Positions 53,139 through 64,000 of a stretch of 64,000 nt of DNA are shown in pieces. A model generated the notes under the pieces. It saw only the letters and a list, made by a program, of their open reading frames with translations, was not told where the DNA came from and did no database searches. The stretch is taken from positions 7,750,001-7,814,000 of the forward strand of contig NC_092674.1 of the NCBI RefSeq assembly GCF_964355755.1, read 5' to 3'. A program made the translations under genes and the position numbers. Numbering within the stretch: the first letter of the stretch is position 1; the number at the start of each line of letters is the position of its first letter. Origin of the DNA: Antedon mediterranea (taxonomy: Eukaryota > Animalia > Echinodermata).

Positions 53139-56100
53139 TCAATTTGTAATTGTGTTACCATAAACATGTTCCGGTACAGACTGTTGAGGGTTTGTGTAAA
53201 CGTGTTCAGTAGTAGCAACAGTAGGCTTAATACCTTCATATTCACTTTCTTTATATTTTTTAGACAAACTTTGATAATCGGTATCGATCGTGCATATATC
53301 TTGTTGAGTAGTTGATGATTTACCAACATCTTTTTCTGAATGTATACGTCTAAACCTAAAATTAACCAATTGTAGCGTACCGTTATAATTATTTTACCCT
53401 CTGTCTGTCAAAGAGGCTTGTGGTTTCGTCAGATAATTAATTATCTAATTTCTTTAATTTTCAACTACAGTAGTAGTCTAAAAGTAATACCTTACCGTAT
53501 AAATATCATCAAGGTAATAGCAACAGTTGCAATTATTGAGGTAACTACAACACCTATAACGTAACCGTAAACTGGAAATAAAAAGAACACATTTAACCAT
53601 TTTTCATGTTGAATTGTCAAGCTCCTTGACAAAATGTCTAGATTCTAAACTCAATATTCTTTTAGAATTATCATAAAAATTACTGATTCAGAAGCAATAT
53701 AAGGAAATGTGTTCCTAACCTTGCTTCTTTTGGTCACAATCTATTCCAAACATAGTTGTTTTTGTGTCAGAAGTCCCGTTGACATTTAAATACGACGCTA
53801 ATACTGTGAATGTATATTCTTTACATGACTCAATTCCTTCAACAAATACAACTTCAGTTTGTATTGTAGTCCCTTGCTGCTGAAATAATCCACCTGACAG
53901 TTCATAATGGTAGGTTACATGATAGTCTGGGATGTCGCACCATGACGCTTTCCACTTCATCAGCCAATGTGTTCCATTAGTAAATGGATTACTTTCTATC
54001 GATGGTTCTATTATTGAAGATATGGAATTTACTATATATTGTAAATAATTACTTATAATTAGGCCCATTAGTGTTTCTCACTTAATAATGTTTCATATTT
54101 TTTAAATAATTAAGTAACCCTGATCACTTAAAACGTATTACGGTGTGTTTATACCAAAACATAGCATTTGAAATAATAATAACTTAATATTCAAAATAAA
54201 ACTGATGTATGTTACGTTAGTTTACCTGATGGCGCTGTTTGCACCGTTATCTCCTGTCCCCAACTTCCAGCAATCTCAACATTATTAACAACTCGAGCGT
54301 TTACGATATAATTAGTACAACTTGATAATCCTGATAGTTCTACTTCTAATTGCGAACTGTTTGTTGTATTAACTACGTATTGTGTATGTCCATTAAAGTC
54401 TGAGTATTGCACTTGATATCGAAGAATAGAGTTACATTGGATGCTATCATAATCACTAGATACAGGCTGAAAATACAAAAGAAAAACTTCCAGTATAGAA
54501 TAGGAGAAATACAGTATTGAACCGTTATTTGGAATTGATACAAGTACCCATTACCAATTTTTGTTGTTATGTTATGAGGAAAAACAATTAAATAATACTT
54601 CGATATGAGTTACTACGTTTAAGTCTTCTACTGAACTATAGGGTTTGACATATTATACCGACCCTTTGAGAAACTATTTACGTTGTTAAAACGTATGTTG
54701 GTCTAATACTTTTACCGAATTTTGAAACGTAATTTATACTTTTAAAATAATGGTGGAATATTTTCGGACCCTTTTAGAAACTGTTTACGTCGTTAACAAA
54801 AATACTTTTACTGAACGTACATATACAGAAACGTAATGTATAGGCTACTACCAAGAAGAAATCTATAGTAAACACTGATTATAATATACCTTTAAACGCA
54901 CGGTCATCTGGTTATCTCCAACAGTTTTAAATTCTATCTCAGGTTCTTCTAAATGTTCTACATATCACAATGTAATACAATTGATTAGAACCGGAAAAAA
55001 TAACATACACTCAGGTATGTTCATTAGTAGTTCCATTTTTAAATTATTTTTATTATTTTGTATGAGATCTTTATGATTCTTCATTCTGTTCATTGTGTAA
55101 CACTTATCTCAAAAAGTAAAAGGCCAATGATCACCAAAATAAAAAAAAAAAATGTTTAATTATTTAATCTTAATCCTAATAAGCTTTTAAGCGTGATCAC
55201 TTATTCGTGACGTCATTTATATGCCATTTTGATAAATCACTTTATCAATCATATTTCCATAACTCTTAATCAAAATATTAATGAAATTCACTATACATAC
55301 ACTTCAGGTCAAGGGTAAAAATATTAGGAAAACAATTAATGTATGCGTACACAAGGTCGTTAACAATTTAAAAAGCTCAAAATTACGTTTGAGTATGAAT
55401 TAGGCCATTTGCGTTGTTTAAAAAAAAGTACGCGCGATACTAAATACGATTTTTTTTAAACAAATCACATTCTACTCATCTTCCTTAAATCTGTCTACAA
55501 TATCAAACTAGTTTGACAAAAAAAAGTGTGATGTGCCCAAATATGGTAATGATATGACATCATCATGTCCATACATGGTCAAATCACATAAAATTTGATA
55601 GTGTAGACTGAGCTTTAGGACATTCTCCAAATTTGAGTTCATTCCGACTTTGTGCATACGAGCAGGTTAAAAATGACAAAATGCTATGCAGTTATTGTTT
55701 AACTGTAATAAGTGCTAATGAGCAGATATGAATTCATGTGCACATTTGACATGCACAGTTTTATGACGTCATCATATGGCCACCTTTGATTTGTTTTTCC
55801 TTTTATCTTAGACCATCATATTCAACAGAGCGCATACACTTATCTGTGATAAATTTTCTTTTAAATTGTAATGTTATGCTTGCTCAATCAATTATATTTA
55901 TCATGCATTGCCAAAATATTAATTTTGAAGACGTCATCACGCCTAATCGAGAATTACGTAGGTCATTATAATTTCACCTACACCGTATACTGAATTCTCA
56001 CAGCTCTTTAGAATGTATAGGTAACCTTGATATTTATAAGTTATTATGAAAAATCTGCTGAAATGTAGATATACATATACATTACTGTACAACATGCACC

Positions 56101-57711
56101 GCGCTTCTACGTGTCCAATTTTCTTCTTTTTCGAAATTGGCATCTTCATGTTTGATTTTGATAACGTCATCATACCAAAATATTAGAATATATTTGGGTC
56201 TCGTAATTTTACCTATGCTACACTGTAGCTATGCAATATACTGTATATGACACATAATAGCATATAACTCAGCAGCACTTAAGCGTATAATGCATCCATC
56301 ACTTTTTTTGTGATTGTATCTTAAGGTTTTCTTAAATTAGATGTCGGTAAAATTATCTTTTATCACAATGACCACCTATCAATCTTCAAAGTCACGAATT
56401 AAATTCTGGTTATATATTTATTACTGTCTATAGGTCTATTATGAGTAGTTCAACTTACGTCTGCAGATGCTTTGTTATTTTACTTATGTAACTGGTATAA
56501 TTAGTAATTTTGTTTGAATGATTTTGCTGAATATTAGAGCTTACCTGAACATATTGTGTTGGTTGATCCAAGTACACTTCCTGGTCCATCTACCTCAATA
56601 CCACCAACCATTCTTGAAAATTGAGAGTAGAATTGTTATTTTGTATTTGGGATGAGATTACCAATAGAAATAAATAAATCATTATCTTCTTCATCTAATG
56701 ATATAAATGAATCCATCTCCGATGATTTATACAAAATTTTTCGTTTCGTAATTGTTCCTGTTCCATAGTCTTCACCGGAAATCCAAGTGATGTCAAACGT
56801 TACAGTTGTTGCTGTCTGGTTTACAACTCTTGGCGGTTCAGAACGGTATGGTAATGCTAATTGTTATATAAATAAATTCAAACTTTGTTAAACAAAACTG
56901 TATTATTCAATTCAATAGCTTAGATATTTTGCATCATGAATCATCGTGAATGTCACACATTAACAGATTTGATTATTATACATTTGTATTATTATTATTA
57001 TTATTATTATTGGAGTTGTTCCATTATTACGGTACGGAGTATTCTGTGTTCGAATATTTCATGACAAGGCCTAACTGTGCCTATCTAAACTAAAACAACA
57101 CACATATTTAATTTTTTATAATATTTATGTCTATCGTTACCTATGCTGCATTTTGATCCAGCCCAAGCTTCATGACATCCATTAGGGCAACTTCCATTTC
57201 GATGACAATCAACCGAGTCCTTGCAGTGACATCGGAAATTACACAAAAAACCAAAGAATCCAGATGAACAGGACGGGGGTACTTTAAATAAGAAAAGCAG
57301 TTAAATGTTTTTTGTAAGATAACGCATGGGATTTGTTCAATCGTTGGGGTATCCCAAATATGCGTATAGATATACTATAAAAATGGTATATAATATATTT
57401 TTCAGAATTACTATACGTATGCAAAAGTGACAAAAAAACAAAAACTAAACGATTTGTATTATTAAATAAAATCTAAAGATATGGCAAGTTAGTGATAATT
57501 TGGAAAGTGAAGATAAAACAAACTACAAATGGTAATCTCCTTGGTAGTATCATTGAAATAGCCCGGTTTTGTACACTACCTTGACAATTGTCACCAGCGT
57601 ATCCATCCAAACAGTCTGATCCGGTAGAACATCCCGTGTGTTTATCACAAACACTATCGTCACAGTGAAATTCTTGGCGGCAATCTGCTCCATAGTATCC
57701 AGCCACACACG
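53139..57711 (-). pseudogene. Copy C: partial, damaged Tie-like receptor paralogue lacking PTP domains
   Basis: Exons homologous to A/B exons 6-12: 57580-57711 (one Cys changed to Phe), 57141-57281, 56545-56856 (in-frame TAA at 56636-56638 where B has TAT), 54890-54957, 54226-54466, 53720-54007, 53496-53571 (TM). A cytoplasmic exon starts at 53355 and has a frameshift near 53150 (VYGNT and QL..EYKPIELS are in different frames). The exon 5 equivalent is deleted, and exons 1-4 are not in the window. No PTP exons were found downstream. Confidence 0.8.
55160..56340. repeat. Probable unclassified interspersed element in a copy C intron
   Basis: Absent from the equivalent A and B introns and rich in GACGTCAT motifs; termini could not be defined. 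Confidence 0.3.
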
Positions 57712-57805
57712 CTGTAAAATAATTTAGTATATTTTATCACAGATACCTGTTATCATCTAACTGTTATTTTTAATTTTACTTGATTTAACAAATAATTACA
57801 AAATT

Positions 57806-58688
57806 AACTAGATCTAATTCGTTACAATGACGAATTATAGGTTATAGGCATTGATTTAAATAAAGATAATTGATTTTTAAAGGATATATTGATTGATTGA
57901 TTGATTTTTTCAGAATCATTAATTATTTATAATGAATGAAGAGGATCTTGCTATCGGAAATAGCCGGTATCACAATCCGATCAAAGATCCCTCCGCGTAT
58001 AAACCACCCTTGTTACCTAATAATAAAGACTTAAGTTACTTTTTCTCTAGATTTCATTATAAATCATGTGTATAATCTATACACTAAGAAATAAAATTGA
58101 ACAAACAATACGGATAATAAAAAAAACAAATTTCGTTTCATTTCCCAAGGTGAGGCTTAATCTCGGTAATTTTTTTAACGCTTAAAATTGCCTGAAACGT
58201 ACTCTAATTTCATCGAAAATAAATTTTGACAATTTTTAAAATTTTAGGCGCGCGTACATATGCGTTGTATGCGCTACTCACGTAATTGTATTGCCATATG
58301 ATGAAATATGATCTGAAAGTTATGAGTACCAAATTTGGTTTAATTATGATTCATGCTTATGTTAAATTAGATAAACCCATCACATGGAAGAGCCATATAA
58401 ACTTTATTAAAAAATAGGATAAAAAAGAAATCTGGAATTCTGTTTAGTTTACGCCATATTGTACCCTGTAATATTTTACTTATGCTTTATAGAGCAATTA
58501 TTCAATCAAATATTACTTATTGTTTTAAAAGTCTGGGGTAGCACGTATAAGTCGAATCTATATCCTATTTTACTTGTCCACAAAATGTGTCTTAGATGTA
58601 TAACTTTCTCTGATTTTATGGCTCCATCTTCTCCATTTAAAGATCTGGGTATTTTAGACGTTTTTAAAGTTGTTTGAATTAAGTATAG
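57806..58688. mobile_element. Helentron-type element with nested LINE fragment, at the same intron position as in copy B
   Basis: Same junctions as 37009-38185, including the TTCATGCTT.TGTTAAATTAGATAAACCC element/LINE boundary. Confidence 0.75.
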
Positions 58689-58721
58689 TGTTCTGAAGAA
58701 CAACAAAAGAATAATGAGGAC

Positions 58722-61700
58722 ATTGATGCCGATGTTTCTTCGTTGCCCTGAAAAGTTAATGACTGTGCTTCTTTTCTGATTAAATGTGATGCAGTTCATA
58801 TAAGTGATGTTTATGATACAGAACTATGGCCATTGAATGCAATAATAAGACGGTATTATGATACAAGAAACACTAAACGTGATGATGGAGGATGTTCCTA
58901 ACATGTCATTATCCAAGCTGAGGTGTGTTTCCTTTAACTGTAAGTCTTTTATATCTCGCAAAAAAGAAGTTTACGATTTATGCAATGACAATGATATTGT
59001 AGCCATACAAGAACATTGGCTTACTGATGATGAATTGTTCATACTTAAGTCTTTTCATGTTGATTTTGATTGCGTTAGTGTTTCACAGGTCTGCAGTTCT
59101 GATGGTTTACTATTGGGTCGCCCTTATGGTGGTGTAGCCATTTTTAGTCGCGTGGAAGCGACTCTATAGTTCACTATGTCGGTCGGTCGGTCTGTCTGTC
59201 TGTCTGTCTGTCTGTCGGTCTGTCGGTCTGTCTGTCGGTTTGTCTGTCTGTCGGTCCGGTATCACTATGCGTTTTATCGCTTTATGACCTTATCTTGATA
59301 TCAGTTTAATCTAGCTAAATCAATTTTTCACAGAATATTCCTTATGGCCAGGAATCGATGTGGTTATGATTTCACGGTGCGCAATAAAAAATTACGCGGT
59401 CTACGCACGATTTAACGAAATCACGTTTGTAATCATATCTTAACAACCATGAATCACAATTAAATAAAATTTGGTACTCATAAATTTCAGGGCATAAATC
59501 ATCATATAGTAATACAATTACGTGCGTAGCGCATGTAACGCATGCGTACGCGCGCCTAAAATTTTCAAAATTTATTTTCGATGAAATAAGAGTACGTTTC
59601 AGGCAATTTTAAGCGTTTACAAAATTGCCATGAGTGCGCAGATTTTTGCGCGCGCACTGCGCGTTAAATGTTATTGCGCACTCTTTTTGCCCAATTTCTG
59701 TTTTCTTGACTTACTTTTCAACTCGAAATTACGTTATACGAGCACGTCAAAAGTGACAGGCTACGCACGTGTAAATTAAAAAAATATAAATGTTTTTAAA
59801 CATTTCAACATTTTTAAACATGTTCAATAATTTCGATCAGTATAGTTCACTATGTCGGTCGGTCCGTCTGTCTGTCGGTCTGTCTGTCTGTCGGTCTGTT
59901 TGTCTGTCGGTCCGGTATCACTATGCATTGTAGCACGCGACTTAATGGCTGTTGGCCTTGTTTTTACAGATAGACGTTATCTAAGTTTATCTCTTCCATT
60001 GATTTTAATGACAAAAGATTGATTGGAATAACAATAGGTAAAGGATCTAATGTATCCCTTCTTATTAATGTTTATATTCCCTATGACGATAATGCTGATA
60101 ATTTTATTGAGTTTGTTGATTATCTAGGAAAAATTAAAACGATTATTAATAAATTTCACAGTAACAAAGTTGTAGTTTGCGGTGACTTTAATGCTGACAT
60201 AAATAGGAAATTTGGCAAAGAGCTTGTAAACTTTGTCTCTGAAAACGATTTGATACTGTCAGATTTATCTTACTTAGGTTTTGATTCAGATAATTTTACA
60301 TGTTTAAGTGAATCCCATGGAACCACTAGTTGGTTGGATCATATTGTGTGTACACATGGAGCCAATGCTTGTGTAACTAAAGTAGATATTTTGTATGATA
60401 TTTTAGGATATGATCATTTCCTTTTGTTATTTGAATGTTCGATCTCTCTAGGCCTACAACAATGTAAAGGTGCTAATAATGAAAGTGAATTTAAACATGA
60501 CTACGTTAACTGGGATAAAGTTAAGGCCGCTGATATTGACTATTATGCTACATGTACTGATCATTACTCAGTAATGTTAACATTTGTACTGATGCACTAA
60601 CTTGTAACAATATTAATTGTAGCAATGAGCGTCACCGTCTTGCTATTGATGACCTGTATAACAATATTGTTGCTTGCCTAAAACGTGCATCTAGTGAATT
60701 TTTGAAGCCCACTAGGTCTAGGTCATATAATGTTGTGCCAGGCTGGAATGATTATGTTTCTGATCTGAATTCTGTTGCTCGTGAAGCCTTCTTATTATGA
60801 AGAACTAACGGCAAACCCAGGAATGGGCCCTTGTTTCATTCTATGAAAATGTCTCGTTCTCGTTTTAAGTTGGCGTTACGCACGTGTAAACAGAATGATC
60901 AACAACTGAGAGCTGATAAATTAGCTCAGTCTTACAGTAATAGGGACTACAAAGGTTTTTGGGAAAGTGTTAAGCATATGAATGATACTAGAGCTAATAC
61001 CTCTGAAGTTATTGATAATGTTAGTGGTGAATACAACATATGTAACCATTGGGCCAAACATTATGAGAATCTGTTTAACTGTGTGGATAACACGACTCAT
61101 AAAGCATTTGTAGAGGAGACTCTAGAATACTGTCCGCCTGAGATAGGTATTAATGTCACTCCTGATCTTGTATCTAATTGCATTGATAAACTTTCTGTAG
61201 AAAAATCACCCGGACTTGATGGTTTGGGTGGTGAACATCTTAAATATGGTAGTAAACGACTTCATATCCTATTGAGTTTATGCTTTAATGCTATGCTGTG
61301 TCATGGTCATATAACTAAATATCTTGTTAAAGTTATTCTAGTGCCGATTGTTTAGAGTAAATAAGGTGATATTACTAGTAAGAATAATTGTAGACCTATT
61401 GCTTTAGCGTCTGTATTATCTAAGGTGTTTGAATCTATTTTGATCAGCTGAGTCATTGCGGTAACTCACTGGAATCCAATGACTACCAATTTGCATTTAA
61501 AGCGAAGCACTCGACTGATACGTGTATCTTTGTATCAAAACATGTAATTGACTACTACAATAGAAATGGTAGTCCAGTTTTTTCCTGCTTTCTAGATGCC
61601 AGTAAGGCTTTTGATCGAGTCAATCGCTGGACTCTTTATAATAAGCTCATTAACAATGGTATTAATCTTTGTATTGTTAATTTGCTCAAATGTTGGTATG

Positions 61701-62608
61701 AGAAACAGAGTTTTGTGATACGTTGGGGAAACTCTGTTTCAAATGCATTTACAGTATCTAATGGAGTTAGACAGGGTGGGGTTATGTCCCCTCTCATTTA
61801 AAACATATATATTAGTACTCTTAATTGTAGACTAAGTGGTTTGTGCCAGTGTTGCCAATGTAGAAACATTATCTTGAATCATCTTAGTTATGCGGATGAT
61901 CTTGTTCTACTTGCCCCCTCAGTTGCTGGTCTCCAGCAATTGGTACATGTTTGTGAAGAGTTTTCGCAAGAGAATGATGTTTTATTTAATGATAAGAAAT
62001 CTTTTTGTATGGGTTTCTGTCCTCGTACTTGAAAACTTGAAGATAATTCTATTACTAAACTTTTTGGTAAAAAACTTGCTTATGTTGAGAAAGGTCATAT
62101 TCTTATGTGTGATTGCAGTGATGAGGCTGACATTCAAAGTCAGTACAGATCTTTATGTATTAGAAGCAACTCACTCAATCGCAAATTTATGAAATGCTCT
62201 ACCAATGTTAAATGTTGTCTCTTTAGATCTTACTGTATTAATATGTATTGTGCAGCCCTTTGGTGTAACTATCGTATGAAGAATATTAGATCTCTTAATG
62301 TATGTTACAATAATGCTCTGCGCCGTATACTTAATGAATCTAGAAATAGTAGTGCCAGTTTATTGAACATGGTGTCCCTTCCTTTAATGAGTACATGTGA
62401 AAATCTACCTATGGTTTTATGCAACGTATGTTGAATAGTGGTAACATCCTTGAATATGCTCCATAACTCCAAATGTATTGTAGATGGAGAAGCATTCTAT
62501 ATACTTAAGTTTAGAGTTTACGATTTTTTATTTATTTTTTTTTTCTGTTTATACGTGTATTAATATGGATGATATTTCCGAAATAAAAAGAAATTGAATT
62601 GAATTGAA
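58722..62608 (+). mobile_element. Decayed non-LTR retrotransposon (APE endonuclease plus reverse transcriptase)
   Basis: SFNCKS, IQEHW, GRPYGGVAI, CGDFNA, WLDHI, DH (APE); KSPGLDG, FLDASKAFDRV, GVRQGG, LSYADDL (RT). Many stops and frameshifts; 3' AATAAA plus (ATTGA)n tail. Confidence 0.9.
59146..59960 (+). mobile_element. Helentron-type (DINE-like) element inserted in the LINE endonuclease
   Basis: Sits in a T-run with no TSD, and the LINE frame GGVAIF|YR..KRLIG rejoins on removal. It has subterminal AGTCGCGT and ACGCGACT, (GTCT/GTCG)n microsatellites and a terminal GGC..GCC hairpin. Its core is shared with the 3656-5140 family. Confidence 0.8.
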
Positions 62609-64000
62609 TATGGATGCTATGGCCGCATTCAAATTAGCCCTAGAACTTCCAAAAGCGGAAGTGATAGAATTCCTTGGGGATCCAGGAAACTATTGGGCTT
62701 TTGTACAACATTTTGAGATAAATGTAGCAAGTAAGTTAACATCAAATAATGCAAAATTACAATACCTTCTACAGTTATGTAAAAATAAGGCAAAGGAAAG
62801 TATAGTAAGTTGTCCTCTATTAGGAGAAGAAGGTTATAAGCAGGCTTTAGAGATTCAGTTTGGGGCAGCCTGTTGAACCCACAAATGTGAAAACGCCCAC
62901 AAATGTGAAAACAACCACAAATGTGAAAACGTATCACCCACAAATGTGAAACAACCACAAACGTGAAAACGCATCACCCACAAATGTGAAAACAACCACA
63001 ATTGTAAAAACGCATCACCCACAAATGTGAAAACAGCGCCCACAAATGTGAAAAAAAGAGAGATCTTGTCGCCCACAAATGTAAAAAAGAATCCAAATCA
63101 AATTTAGTGCTAGACCCAAACAATTTTGATCGAGTTAATGTTAATGTATATACATTGTATTGAGTTGTTTCAATAATTGTGTGTTCACGATACGTCTGTT
63201 AGGGTCGTCGTTAACGCGTTGGATTATTACAATTTACTGCTCGTGCGCGCGATATTTGCATGTTAACTCGTTGGTGGTTTAATGTACGTATAGTTCAAGA
63301 CGATATTTGCTGCGCGCTGCACGATACTTCCTTCCAGATCAAGGCCATGTTATATCATTGTTGCTTGTAGTTGTGTAGTTGTTAACTGGTTGACTTACTA
63401 TTATGTACGTATAGTTCCAAGTCGATGCAAAAAACATCGAACATGGTAATATTCCAACGCGTTAATGACGACCCTAACAGACGTATCGTGAACACACAAT
63501 TATTGAAACAACTCAATACACATGATATAATGTATTAACTTGATCAAACTTGTTTGAGTCTAGCACTAAATTTGATTTGATTTTTTTTTTACATTTGTGG
63601 GCGATGGTCGTTTTCACATTTGTGGGCGCGGTTTTATTACATTTGTGGGTGATGCGTTTTCACATTTGTAGTTATTTTCACATTTGTGGGTGATGCGTTT
63701 TCACATTTGTGGTTGTTTTCACATTTGTGGTTGTTTTCACATTTGTGGGCGTTTTCACATTTGTGGGTTCAACACAGCCCCATCTAGTTTTAAACACATT
63801 GATGCTTAAGTTAACCAACAGAAAAGAGATTAATGCAGGAAACCATGAAGAGTTATGGGGACTAGTCAGTGACATGAAAAAATGTCAGCTAACACTTACA
63901 AAAATGGGGTACACAAATGATTTAAACAGTACCTCCAACCTATTAAAAATTCAAGGGCTATTACCTAGATTTATGCAAGCTAAATGGGCTAATGCTGCAC
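62609..64000 (+). mobile_element. BEL/Pao LTR retrotransposon gag fragment (DUF1759-like), interrupted
   Basis: LELPKAEVIEFLGDPGNYWAF...AKLQYLLQLC.NKAKESI..C...GYKQALEI, resuming after the insertion as HLVLNTLM...LLKIQGLLPRFMQAKWA. Confidence 0.8.
62871..63774. mobile_element. Foldback-type non-autonomous DNA transposon with TGT...ACA ends and a 5-bp TSD (Ginger-like)
   Basis: TGTTGAACCCACAAATGTGAAAAC is inverted at both ends; TSD CAGCC at 62866-62870 and 63775-63779. The inverted arms exceed 300 bp and contain CCACAAATGTGAAAAC tandem repeats. Confidence 0.85.

Noticed and set aside
62629-63875. Minus-strand ORFs with FTFVG/HLW/TNVKT repeats
   Set aside because: Translations of the foldback element's tandem repeats.

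Overview
AT-rich, intron-rich animal genomic DNA. The gene family and the repeat types (Deu-core SINE, Helentron-type elements, BEL/Pao) suggest an invertebrate deuterostome such as an echinoderm; this is inference only. The window holds a head-to-tail array of three minus-strand paralogues with a Tie-receptor-like ectodomain (signal peptide, Ig, Ig, EGF/laminin-EGF repeats, 3 FN3, TM). Copy A (2249-21112) and copy B (26687-43426) can each be spliced by hand into 28-exon, in-frame ORFs of about 1400 aa. Both end not in a kinase but in tandem PTP domains: an intact D1 (HCSAGAGRTG) and a pseudophosphatase-type D2 (HCLDGVCRSG). Copy C (about 52130-57711) is a mosaic of A-like and B-like exons. 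It has no PTP exons, carries a different tail with an ITAM-like motif, and is damaged (in-frame stop, frameshift, deleted exon). The rest is mobile DNA: a 7-kb CACTA/EnSpm-type element with satellite-like subterminal arrays, a Helitron, several Helentron-type elements, SINEs, a 5S-derived copy, CR1/L2 fragments, a decayed LINE, and a BEL/Pao gag fragment interrupted by a foldback element. All gene models were read manually; no database search was possible.
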